Assembly: GCA_964633905.1 (NCBI GenBank)
Contig: CAZWIT010000002.1
Location: 63,209-127,208 of the forward strand
Direction of reading: 5' to 3'
DNA from: an uncultured Gammaproteobacteria bacterium
Lineage (GTDB): Bacteria; Patescibacteriota; Patescibacteriia; UBA1558; GWA2-36-10
DNA length: 64,000 bases
In this document: piece by piece, positions 55,758 through 64,000 of the stretch
Layout: every line of letters begins with the position of its first letter
How positions within the stretch are numbered: the first letter of the stretch is position 1
Translations under genes and position numbers: made by a program
The notes under the pieces: model-generated
The model's input: only the letters and a program-made list of their open reading frames with translations
What the model was told of the DNA's origin: nothing
Databases searched by the model: none

Positions 55758-56174
55758 ATGATGGGTGAAAACATGTGGCCTGATTCAAATACAGGAGAAA
55801 AACCAATGGTGGAACAAGAACAAAAGCTCGAAGGGGAAATTGATAATCAATTTCAGGAGCTTACTGCTGGTTTAGATAGTGTGCAGGCATCTTTGGAAAA
55901 TTTAGATCAAGATAATAATACTCCAGAACGCACTCAGGCTCTTAAAAAAATTTGGGAAGGATATAAGAAAATTGAAAGTACCGTTAATATACTTTTAATG
56001 ATGTATGGGAGTACTACCATTGGTTCTAGTGTTCATAAAATATTTACTCACCCAGGGGATAATGAGGGCAATATAGCATCATTGATCACTGGTGTAGCAG
56101 CTTTATCAGTAGCTGTAGCTGGGTTTATTCGTGAAGAAAAAAACCATAAAGCTAAATTAGAAGGCAATGCTTAG
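55758..56174 (+). CDS. Hypothetical protein
   Basis: Acidic coiled-coil N-terminus and two weakly hydrophobic segments. Confidence 0.7.
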   Translation: MMGENMWPDSNTGEKPMVEQEQKLEGEIDNQFQELTAGLDSVQASLENLDQDNNTPERTQALKKIWEGYKKIESTVNILLMMYGSTTIGSSVHKIFTHPGDNEGNIASLITGVAALSVAVAGFIREEKNHKAKLEGNA

Positions 56175-56219
56175 AACTTATTTTTTTTAAAATAAAAAAC
56201 CCCCATTATTTTTTATTAT

Positions 56220-56295
56220 TGTCATCCTGAATTTATTTCAGGATCTCCAATTGTAGAGTGCTACTTGGAGATGCAGAAACAAGTTCGGCATGACA
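56220..56295. repeat. GTCA-tagged palindromic (REP-like) element
   Basis: TGTCATCCTGAATTTATTTCAGGATCT...AGATGCAGAAACAAGTTCGGCATGACA: two inverted hairpin units with TGTCA/TGACA ends. Confidence 0.7.
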
Positions 56296-56326
56296 GCTTT
56301 AGGAGTTAGGGGGTTTTAGATTTAGT

Positions 56327-56509
56327 TTATTTAGTTTGACGTAGTTTGTTTATAGTTCTTAAACAAGAAGTACAAATACTAACACGACGATTGCCGATTT
56401 TTTTGCTTTGTAAGTTAATATTCATGCGGCGACGATTAGCAATTTTAGAATGACTGCGGCTGTTGCCAATAATTGCTGAACGTGTGCAGATTTCACAGAC
56501 TTTGGCCAT
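56327..56509 (-). CDS. rpmB: 50S ribosomal protein L28
   Basis: CEIC...GNSRSHS..NRRRM.INLQ...CTSCLR. Confidence 0.95.
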   Translation of the reverse strand: MAKVCEICTRSAIIGNSRSHSKIANRRRMNINLQSKKIGNRRVSICTSCLRTINKLRQTK

Positions 56510-56593
56510 ATTTTTACTTTATCTAATAATTAAGCTATAATATTGATTAACGTTAACAGATATTAACATAAAAATTAATTTTTGTAAAGATAT

Positions 56594-57223
56594 ATGCTTT
56601 TTACTGCTTTAGGAACCAATTCTTTAGCTTTTGTGGCTATGATCATGGCCTTAGTTTATGCAATCACTATTCATGAATTTAGTCATGCTTTAGTTGCTAC
56701 TTGGCAGGGTGATCCCACGGCTCGTTATCAGGGGCGATTAAGTTTAAATCCTTTGGCACATTTGGATTTACTAGGCAGTATTATGTTGCTACTAGCTGGT
56801 TTTGGTTGGGGCAAGCCAGTGCCAGTAAATCCTTATAATATGCGTTGGCAGCGCTGGGGGGAAGCGGCGGTTTCCATAGCTGGGCCAGTTAGTAATTTTA
56901 TTAGCGTTATTTTATTTATTTTAATTTTAAAATTAACTAGCCCTTATTTATTACCGACTAATTTATTATCAATTTTTCTGATCTCTTTAATCTTAACCAA
57001 TTTAATTTTAGGTGTTTTTAATCTTATTCCTTTGCCGCCGCTTGATGGCTCTAAAATATTATTTGCGGCTTTGCCAGCTGGTTTTGAGAAATTAAAACAA
57101 CAGTTAACAATTAATGGCCCCTGGATACTGTTGGCTTTAATTATGATTGATAATTTTTCGACAATTAATATTTTTGGTAAAATTTTTGAATTTTTTATTA
57201 ATTTTATTTCTAGATTTTTATAG
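56594..57223 (+). CDS. Site-2 protease (M50) family protein
   Basis: HEFSH, GWGKPVPVNP, AGPVSN, FNLIPLPPLDG. Confidence 0.94.
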   Translation: MLFTALGTNSLAFVAMIMALVYAITIHEFSHALVATWQGDPTARYQGRLSLNPLAHLDLLGSIMLLLAGFGWGKPVPVNPYNMRWQRWGEAAVSIAGPVSNFISVILFILILKLTSPYLLPTNLLSIFLISLILTNLILGVFNLIPLPPLDGSKILFAALPAGFEKLKQQLTINGPWILLALIMIDNFSTINIFGKIFEFFINFISRFL

Positions 57224-57327
57224 CTATAATTGTTTTTATATTGACAATATTGTTTATTTATAGTATTGTTCAAATCCGTTCTTTTTTCCCCTGTCAATAT
57301 AAACATTGTCTCAAGGAGGAGGGTTAG

Positions 57328-57525
57328 ATGAAGGCTTTGCTAAAAAGGGCCGGCATTTTGCTGGCTGCGAAGCGCGAAGAAATCGGGCGTAAGCGTCGTA
57401 TCAGAGAATTGCGGCAAGAGAGTGAACTTATTTTCCAGGAAGCTATGGGTAGAGTTATCTGCCAAAAGCCTAATGGCGGTACGCTTGCCAAAGAAGCGGC
57501 TGACGACGAAGTCTATTCTGTCTAG
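57328..57525 (+). CDS. Small orphan protein with its own promoter, SD and terminator
   Basis: TTGACA-N17-TATTGT at 57241-57269, AAGGAGG SD, hairpin plus T-run at 57533-57570. Confidence 0.65.
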   Translation: MKALLKRAGILLAAKREEIGRKRRIRELRQESELIFQEAMGRVICQKPNGGTLAKEAADDEVYSV

Positions 57526-57587
57526 CTAATATTACCCAATCCTGCTACTAGCAGGTGAGGGTATTTTTTTATTGCCTAATTTAGGCC

Positions 57588-57616
57588 TTGACAAGTTTTA
57601 ATATTTTTGTTAGAGT
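57588..57616 (+). promoter_or_regulatory. Sigma70-type promoter
   Basis: TTGACA-N17-TAGAGT with TG extended -10. Confidence 0.65.
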
Positions 57617-57622
57617 GCTTTT

Positions 57623-57903
57623 TGTCTATATTTTCGTACCTCCAATATTAATGGAAAAACGGAGACAAGCGCCCTGTCATGTTGGTTATGAAAACGTATT
57701 GGCCACCGCGGGGCCTGCGTTTTTGGTCGGTGTGCATCACCTGGCCTAACCCAATTGGGTAGTTCTCCGTTTAGAGGAGATTGAGATAGCGCGCCTGCAA
57801 AACAGGTGAGCCTCGCGTCCGATGGGAACTACGCCCACGATAGTCGCGAGCCGCAGTCTCGCTCCTCGAGGGGTTCGTGCTCGTCCGCGGACCCCTTTTT
57901 TAT
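57623..57903 (+). ncRNA. Candidate GC-rich structured ncRNA (~280 nt), unclassified
   Basis: Promoter; multibranch domains closed by AAACGGAGA/TCTCCGTTT and GAGGAG/CTCCTC; terminator at 57869-57905; only short ORFs seen (about 32 codons or fewer). Confidence 0.6.
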
Positions 57904-58009
57904 TTGTTTGGGCTTGACTTAGCTTTTTTTTTGTGCTATTTTATTGAAGCATTTTATAGCCCCTCGGGGCGATAATTATTTTTATAAAAACAATTTATTT
58001 TGAATTTTA

Positions 58010-58438
58010 ATGCCTACAATTCACCAATTATTGAAAAAACCAAGACACACTCCTAAAGCTAAGAGTAAATCTCCAGCTTTAACTTCAGTTTTAAATACTT
58101 TACGTCGTTCCAAAAGAGATTTGCCCAAAGGCAGTCCCTTTAAACGGGGAGTTTGTGTAAAAGTAACTACTACTACTCCTAAAAAACCAAACTCAGCTTT
58201 GCGTAAGATTGCCAGAGTTCGTCTTTCAAATGGTATGGAAGTTACTGCTTATATTCCTGGCGAAGGTCATAATCTACAAGAACATAGCATTGTAATGATT
58301 AGAGGTGGCAGGGTAAAAGATTTACCTGGTGTGCGTTATCATATTGTTAGAGGTGTCTATGATACTCAAGGTGTATCTGGTCGTAAACAAGGCCGTTCTC
58401 TTTACGGTGCTAAAAAAGAAAAAGCAGCTAAAAAATAA
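58010..58438 (+). CDS. rpsL: 30S ribosomal protein S12
   Basis: [29 protein letters not shown]. Confidence 0.99.
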   Translation: MPTIHQLLKKPRHTPKAKSKSPALTSVLNTLRRSKRDLPKGSPFKRGVCVKVTTTTPKKPNSALRKIARVRLSNGMEVTAYIPGEGHNLQEHSIVMIRGGRVKDLPGVRYHIVRGVYDTQGVSGRKQGRSLYGAKKEKAAKK

Positions 58439-58461
58439 TTCATTTATAAGTTTATATCATT

Positions 58462-58926
58462 ATGCGTGGTAAAGCAGTTTCTAAAAGAGTAATCTCACCT
58501 GATCCAAAATTTCAAAGGGTTGATATTGCCAAATTAATTAACAAAATAATGCGTCGTGGCAAAAAAACTATAGCGCAAAAAATTGTTTATAGTGCTTTTG
58601 AATATATTTCTAATAAGACCAAACAGGATCCAATTGAAATTTATGATACAGCTATGCGCAATGTTGCTCCTAATTTAGAAGTAAAAGGTAAGCGTATTGG
58701 TGGTGCTAACTATCAAGTACCAATGGTAGTAACCGGAGATCGTAAAATGGTTTTGACTCATCGTTGGATTATTATGGCCGCCAGTCATCGTAAAGGTATG
58801 GCTATGCACAAAGCTTTGGGCGAAGAATTAATCGCTGCTTCTAAAAATGAAGGTGAAGCTATCAAAAAACGTGAAGACGTTCAACGTATGGCTGAAGCTA
58901 ATCGTGCTTTTGCTCACTTTGCTTAA
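58462..58926 (+). CDS. rpsG: 30S ribosomal protein S7
   Basis: RIGGANYQVP, MAEANRAFAHF. Confidence 0.99.
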   Translation: MRGKAVSKRVISPDPKFQRVDIAKLINKIMRRGKKTIAQKIVYSAFEYISNKTKQDPIEIYDTAMRNVAPNLEVKGKRIGGANYQVPMVVTGDRKMVLTHRWIIMAASHRKGMAMHKALGEELIAASKNEGEAIKKREDVQRMAEANRAFAHFA

Positions 58927-58993
58927 AATTTAATTAGTTTTTAAAAATTCCCGCTTGAAAATCAAGCGGGATATATAGTTATAAAAAATTTTT

Positions 58994-61096
58994 ATGCCTA
59001 GAACACATTCTTTAGAAAAAGTCAGAAATATTGGCATTATTGCCCACATCGACGCTGGTAAAACTACGGTTTCCGAGCGCATCCTTTTTTATACTGGTAA
59101 AAAACATAAAATTGGTGAAGTGCACGAAGGGGCTGCCGAAATGGATTGGATGGAACAAGAAAAAGAACGTGGCATTACTATCACTTCGGCTGCTACTACT
59201 TGTTTTTGGGCATTGCCTGATTGGCTAGGTGGTGATAAGGCTAATATCAATATTATTGATACCCCAGGTCACGTAGATTTTACTGTAGAAGTAGAAAGAT
59301 CCTTACGTGTTCTTGATGGTGGTGTGGTAGTATTTGATGGTGTGGCTGGTGTAGAGCCACAGTCTGAAACTGTTTGGCGCCAAGCTGATAAATATAATGT
59401 ACCTCGCATTGCTTTTGTAAACAAAATGGATCGCATGGGTGCTAATTTTTATTATGACCTAGATACTATTCATGAACGTTTAGTCAAACATGCCTTACCA
59501 ATGCAGTTGCCAATCGGTGCGGCTGAAACTTTTGAAGGTATTATCAATCTCTTAGAAAGAGAAGCTTGGTATTATTTAGATGAAGATGGTAAGAATTTTG
59601 AAAAACGTGAAGTGCCAGCTGATATGAAAGATAAGGTAGAAGAATATCGTGCCAAGCTTATTGAAGCTATTGTTGAGAATGATGAAAAATTAATGGATCA
59701 ATATCTTTCTGGTAAAGAACCAGAATTAATTGATTTAAAAAAAGCTTTACGTCAAGCTGTTATTAATAATAAGATTGTACCTATTCTTTGTGGTTCAGCT
59801 TTGAAAAATAAAGGCGTCCAGTTTTTATTAGATGCTGTTACTGCTTATTTGCCATCTCCTTTGGATGTACCTGAAATTACTGGCACTGAGCCCAGAAATG
59901 AAGCCAATGTTATTACTGTTAAACCTGAAGATGGTGAGCCATTTACCGCTTTAGCTTTTAAAATTGCTACTGATCCTTATGTGGGACGACTTACTTTTAT
60001 TAGAGTTTACTCTGGTACTTTAAGCTCTGGTTCCTATGTTTTGAATGCTAATAAAGAAAAGAAAGAACGCATTGGTCGTATTTTACGTATGCATGCTAAT
60101 CACAGAGAGGAAGTTTCTGAAATTTTTGCTGGGGACATTGTAGCGGTTGTGGGTTTAAAAGATACAACCACTGGCAATACTCTATCTGATGTTGACAGAG
60201 CGGTTATTTTAGAAAGTATGGATTTCCCAGAGCCAGTTATTCATGTGGCTGTTGAGCCAAAAACCAAAGCTGACCAAGAAAAAATGGGCATGGCTTTGTC
60301 AAAACTAGCTGAAGAAGATCCTACTTTTACAGTTAGATCAGATGAAGAAACTAATCAAACTATTATTGGTGGTATGGGCGAACTACACCTTGATATTATT
60401 GTTGATCGTATGCGTCGCGAATTTGGTGTAGAGGCCAATGTTGGTGCTCCACAAGTAGCTTACAAAGAAACTATCAAAGCTTCAGCTGAGGGTGAGGGTA
60501 AATATATTAAACAATCAGGTGGTCGCGGACAATATGGTCATTGCTGGTTAAGATTAGAGCCATTAGAACGCGGTGCTGGTTTTGAGTTTGTTGATGAGAT
60601 TAAAGGTGGTTTGATCCCTAGAGAATTTATTGCTCCAATTGAAAAGGGTATTAAAGAAACTTTAGATAATGGCGTTTTGGCTGGTTATAAAGTAGAAGAT
60701 GTTAGGGCAGCTGTTTATGATGGCTCTTACCATGACGTTGACTCTTCGGAAGCTGCTTTTAAGATTGCAGGTAGCATGGCTTTTAAGGCTGCCTTTAATA
60801 AAGCTAAGCCAATTATTTTGGAACCAATTATGAAAGTAGAAGTGGTAACTCCAGAACAATATATGGGCGATGTTATTGGCGATATTAACTCCAAACGTGG
60901 TCAGGTAAATGAAATGATAGATAGGGCTAATGCTAAAGTAATTCATGCTTTTGTACCGTTATCAGAAATGTTTGGCTATGCTACTTCTTTACGGTCAATG
61001 ACTCAAGGTAGAGCTAGTTATAGTATGGAATTTTATCAATATCAAGAAGTGCCAACTAATATTGCTGAAGCAATCAAGAAAAAAAATAACGAATAA
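58994..61096 (+). CDS. fusA: Elongation factor G
   Basis: [40 protein letters not shown]. Confidence 0.99.
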   Translation: MPRTHSLEKVRNIGIIAHIDAGKTTVSERILFYTGKKHKIGEVHEGAAEMDWMEQEKERGITITSAATTCFWALPDWLGGDKANINIIDTPGHVDFTVEVERSLRVLDGGVVVFDGVAGVEPQSETVWRQADKYNVPRIAFVNKMDRMGANFYYDLDTIHERLVKHALPMQLPIGAAETFEGIINLLEREAWYYLDEDGKNFEKREVPADMKDKVEEYRAKLIEAIVENDEKLMDQYLSGKEPELIDLKKALRQAVINNKIVPILCGSALKNKGVQFLLDAVTAYLPSPLDVPEITGTEPRNEANVITVKPEDGEPFTALAFKIATDPYVGRLTFIRVYSGTLSSGSYVLNANKEKKERIGRILRMHANHREEVSEIFAGDIVAVVGLKDTTTGNTLSDVDRAVILESMDFPEPVIHVAVEPKTKADQEKMGMALSKLAEEDPTFTVRSDEETNQTIIGGMGELHLDIIVDRMRREFGVEANVGAPQVAYKETIKASAEGEGKYIKQSGGRGQYGHCWLRLEPLERGAGFEFVDEIKGGLIPREFIAPIEKGIKETLDNGVLAGYKVEDVRAAVYDGSYHDVDSSEAAFKIAGSMAFKAAFNKAKPIILEPIMKVEVVTPEQYMGDVIGDINSKRGQVNEMIDRANAKVIHAFVPLSEMFGYATSLRSMTQGRASYSMEFYQYQEVPTNIAEAIKKKNNE

Positions 61097-61107
61097 ATTA
61101 AATTATT

Positions 61108-61143
61108 CAGCCCAAGTGTCTTTTAAGCGTTTGGGCTGTTTTT
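61108..61143 (+). terminator. Terminator after fusA
   Basis: CAGCCCAAG / TTTGGGCTG followed by a T-run. Confidence 0.8.
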
Positions 61144-61163
61144 TATTATAACAATTTTGGGTT

Positions 61164-61200
61164 AACAAAAAACCCCATTTATGTAATAGAGTTTTTTGTT
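61164..61200 (-). terminator. Terminator of the minus-strand transcript
   Basis: Minus strand AACAAAAAACTCTATT-loop-AATGGGGTTTTTTGTT; the G-U pairs form only on the minus strand. Confidence 0.65.
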
Positions 61201-62023
61201 CATCTGAAGCCACTAGATCTTAATAGCTAGAGAGCTATAACCTAGTGGACTCGGATAAAGGGGAGAAACTGTTGGCTGGCGGCGGGTCGCGTTGAACGCG
61301 ACCCGCCGCACTGATGCGTTATTCGGATGCTTCTCCCTTTGACTATTTTTACCTGTAGTCAGCAGGATTCCGTTGCCCCGGAATGACGGGAGTTGTTTGT
61401 GAGGATTACCGGATATTATGCGGCCTCCGGAGAGTCGCGGGAACTACCCGACTACTGGGCCTATGGTTCGAACAGTCCAAACATCACGATCCTTTCTGCT
61501 GCACCCTCTTGCAGCAAATGGGTCCTGAAGTACAGGAGTGGTTGCGACCTTATATGGTTTCCGGGTATTATCGGCCCCCGGTGGATCTGGTCGCACGCAG
61601 TTCTTGGGCGGGCGCTGCGCGGTCGTATTTAACCGCGAGCAAAATTGTGCCGATGACTGCGTTTTTTAGACCACTGGCCTAGAGCAACAGTCGAATCACT
61701 ACAATCTCCCTTCTTTTCGGTTTAGCGGAGCGCATGAGCGCTCCCGTTTTGTTTTTTTACCAAACTGTATCACAGGTTTTGTGGATGACAGTCTGGCAAC
61801 TGCGGGTGTTTAGCCATCTTAGAGCATTCAACCCGCCTTTAAAGGCTAGTGTTTTACAAACACTGTAATGGAGGTAAGGATATAAGCTGATGCTTATATC
61901 AGGTGGTAAACTCGAAATTATCAAGCCGTAAAGCCTGATAAAATCAGGGTTGTAGGACCTGTTCTTAGTCCTCCAATACAGTATTTGTAAAAAAGCCTTT
62001 ATTTATTGGTTTTTTAAGAGCAA
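61165..62023 (-). ncRNA. Candidate large (~860 nt) structured non-coding RNA, unclassified
   Basis: Consensus promoter at 62030-62058, more than 15 helices, GC-richer than the flanks, no minus-strand ORF of 60 aa or more, terminator at 61164-61200. Confidence 0.65.
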
Positions 62024-62029
62024 TAGAGC

Positions 62030-62058
62030 ATTATATCATATAATTAATATTTTGTCAA
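62030..62058 (-). promoter_or_regulatory. Consensus sigma70 promoter (minus strand)
   Basis: Reverse complement reads TTGACA-N17-TATAAT with TG extended -10. Confidence 0.85.
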
Positions 62059-62094
62059 TAGTATTGTAGCCATAAATAAATTTAAAATATTAAT

Positions 62095-62123
62095 TTGACA
62101 AAGAGCTATTTTTCCACTAATAT
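62095..62123 (+). promoter_or_regulatory. Divergent sigma70-type promoter for ORF 62146
   Basis: TTGACA-N17-TAATAT. Confidence 0.55.
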
Positions 62124-62145
62124 ATGAACACTTTACCATAAAATT

Positions 62146-62490
62146 ATGTTAAATGTTCAAAACCTGGAAGCAGTACTAAAATTAGTCGCCCAAACTAAGG
62201 ATCGAGTGATTATTTTATCAGAAAATTATGATCCATTGGTGATTATGAATTTAGAAAACTACAGGGATTTATTAGCTAAAAATACTGTAAAAAAGGGCAA
62301 TGGTCAGCAAGTAGTTTTAGACAATATTAATAAGGACATTGCTTTATTGCATGCCAGTGAAAATGATGTTCCAGATTTAGCCGACTATAATTTAGATCAG
62401 TTTAAAGTAGAGGAAGATAATGCTGCTAGTGAAAATAAACCAGTAGATACCGAAGAAGAAGAAAAATATTATTTAGAACCAGTTGATTAA
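62146..62490 (+). CDS. Hypothetical protein with a Phd/YefM-like N-terminus and acidic C-terminal tail
   Basis: NLEAVLKLVAQTKDRVIILSENYDPLVIMNLENYRDL matches the Phd/YefM pattern by eye; tail ends EEEEKYYLEPVD. Confidence 0.7.
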   Translation: MLNVQNLEAVLKLVAQTKDRVIILSENYDPLVIMNLENYRDLLAKNTVKKGNGQQVVLDNINKDIALLHASENDVPDLADYNLDQFKVEEDNAASENKPVDTEEEEKYYLEPVD

Positions 62491-62671
62491 TTTTTGGCTA
62501 ATATTAGTAAAAATATTAGAAATTAGGGCCTTTGCTGTAGTGCCCTTGCCAAAAATAAAAAACTTTGCTATAATCTTTTGTGTTTTAGAGAAACAATTTA
62601 AATATAATTAATAATCAATATTTTTTATAAAACCGCTGGTTTATAGAGTTTTATAAAGGAGAAAATAAATC

Positions 62672-63859
62672 ATGGCAGAAGTATTTAAAAGAGAAAAAAC
62701 TCATGTCAACGTTGGTACTATTGGCCACGTTGATCATGGCAAAACCACTTTAACAGCCGCTATCTTAAAAGTGATTAGCGCAACTGGTGGTGTGGCTCAA
62801 CAAAAAAATGTTGACCAAATTGACGCTGCTCCTGAAGAGCGCGAACGCGGTATTACTATTGCTACCGCTCACGTGGAATATGAAACTGAAAAACGTCACT
62901 ATGCCCACGTTGACTGTCCAGGTCACGCTGACTATGTCAAAAATATGATTACTGGTGCCGCCCAGATGGATGGTGCCGTTTTGGTAGTTTCAGCTGCCGA
63001 TGGTCCCATGCCTCAAACTCGTGAGCATATTTTGCTTGCCCGTCAGGTTGGTGTGCCTTTCATCGTAGTCTATTTAAATAAAATGGACCAAGTTGATGAT
63101 CCTGAGCTAGTCGATTTAGTAGAAGAAGAAATCAGAGATTTATTGAAAAAATATGAATTCCCTGGTGATAAAACTCCTATTATTCGTGGTTCAGCCTTAA
63201 AGGCTTTGGAAGACCCTGCTGGCGAAGCTGGTAAATCAATTACTGAATTACTAAAAGCTTTGGATGATTATATTCCAGATCCAGTTCGTGATACTGAGCA
63301 TCCTTTCTTATTACCAATTGAAGACATTTTCTCAATTGAAGGTCGTGGTACAGTAGTTACTGGTCGTATTGAACGTGGTTTAATCAAATTAAACGAAGAA
63401 GTAGAAATCGTTGGTTTGCATGAAACCAAAAAGACCGTGGTTACTGGTATTGAAATGTTTAACAAGCAATTAGAAGAAGGTCGTGCTGGTGATAATGCCG
63501 GTTTGCTTTTACGCGGTACCAAAAAAGATGAAGTTGAACGTGGTCAGGTTTTAGCTAAACCTGGTAGTATTACACCTCATACTGACTTTGAAGCTAAAGT
63601 TTATATTTTAAGCAAAGAAGAAGGTGGTCGTCATACTCCATTTTTCAAAGGCTATAAACCACAGTTTTACATCCGTACTACTGACGTTACTGGTGAAGTT
63701 ATTTTACCAGAAGGTACTGAAATGGTAATGCCTGGTGACACTATTAATTTAACTATTAAATTAATTCATCCAGTCGCTTTAGAAGAAAAATCACGTTTTG
63801 CTATCCGCGAAGGTGGTCATACTGTTGGCGCTGGTACTGTTACCAAAATCATTAAATAA
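62672..63859 (+). CDS. tuf: Elongation factor Tu
   Basis: [36 protein letters not shown]. Confidence 0.99.
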   Translation: MAEVFKREKTHVNVGTIGHVDHGKTTLTAAILKVISATGGVAQQKNVDQIDAAPEERERGITIATAHVEYETEKRHYAHVDCPGHADYVKNMITGAAQMDGAVLVVSAADGPMPQTREHILLARQVGVPFIVVYLNKMDQVDDPELVDLVEEEIRDLLKKYEFPGDKTPIIRGSALKALEDPAGEAGKSITELLKALDDYIPDPVRDTEHPFLLPIEDIFSIEGRGTVVTGRIERGLIKLNEEVEIVGLHETKKTVVTGIEMFNKQLEEGRAGDNAGLLLRGTKKDEVERGQVLAKPGSITPHTDFEAKVYILSKEEGGRHTPFFKGYKPQFYIRTTDVTGEVILPEGTEMVMPGDTINLTIKLIHPVALEEKSRFAIREGGHTVGAGTVTKIIK

Positions 63860-63941
63860 ATTTATAACTTTTACTTGGGGGATAATCTCCCCCAGGTAAA
63901 GGGTTGAATAAATAATTAATTATCGTTATTTTAAAAAATCC

Positions 63942-64000
63942 ATGCCAGTTAAAGAGGTTAAAGAAGAAGCTCAGTCTAGGATCAGGATCAAGATCAGGGC
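63942..64000 (+). CDS. rpsJ: 30S ribosomal protein S10, 5' end (partial)
   Basis: MPVKEVKEEAQSRIRIKIR(A) immediately after tuf. Confidence 0.85.
   Translation, partial: MPVKEVKEEAQSRIRIKIR

Noticed and set aside
57848-57876. GAGCCG...GGTTC resembling group II intron domain V
   Set aside because: Lacks the GNRA-capped stem and bulge geometry; the bases are used in other helices; no RT ORF
61383-61682. + strand ORFs 61383-61682 (99 aa) and 61393-61632 (79 aa)
   Set aside because: No promoter after the fusA terminator, atypical composition and no recognisable motif; better explained as stop-poor frames in a GC-rich structured RNA
61388-61710. tmRNA-like start GGGAGATTGTAGTGATTCGAC on the minus strand
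   Set aside because: No T-arm plus CCA end at the matching position and no convincing tag peptide; the 5' segment forms a long closing helix instead

Overview
AT-rich bacterial chromosome segment, almost all on the + strand and read with genetic code 11. Gene content and style point to a Patescibacteria (CPR, Parcubacteria/ABY1-like) genome; this is an inference from the SD-less AT-rich leaders, VirB2-like pilin fusions, short ATP synthase delta and split ComEC. Housekeeping genes: the F1Fo atp operon, a UvrD-nuclease fusion, pheST, gyrB, secE-nusG-rplKA, pepA, pth, der, LCP, lepB, hisS, rpsU, ybeY-dgkA, ftsAZ, nrdR, htrA, prfB, comEC, ndk, rpmB, rpsL-rpsG-fusA, tuf and the start of rpsJ. A 14-kb surface cassette encodes two pilin-headed Ig/Cys-rich proteins (one of 3556 aa) and two Ca-binding membrane proteins. 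Most notable: (1) a ~860-nt, heavily base-paired, apparently non-coding transcription unit on the minus strand between fusA and tuf, with a consensus promoter and terminator, divergent from an orphan Phd/YefM-like gene; (2) two more stand-alone structured RNA candidates at ~55.3 and ~57.6 kb; (3) an RF2 whose SPF motif reads SDY, while only 1 of 58 genes ends in TGA; (4) a strong Shine-Dalgarno on rpsU alone among r-protein genes; (5) an AftA-like GT-C glycosyltransferase. All calls come from reading by eye; no searches or folding programs were run.
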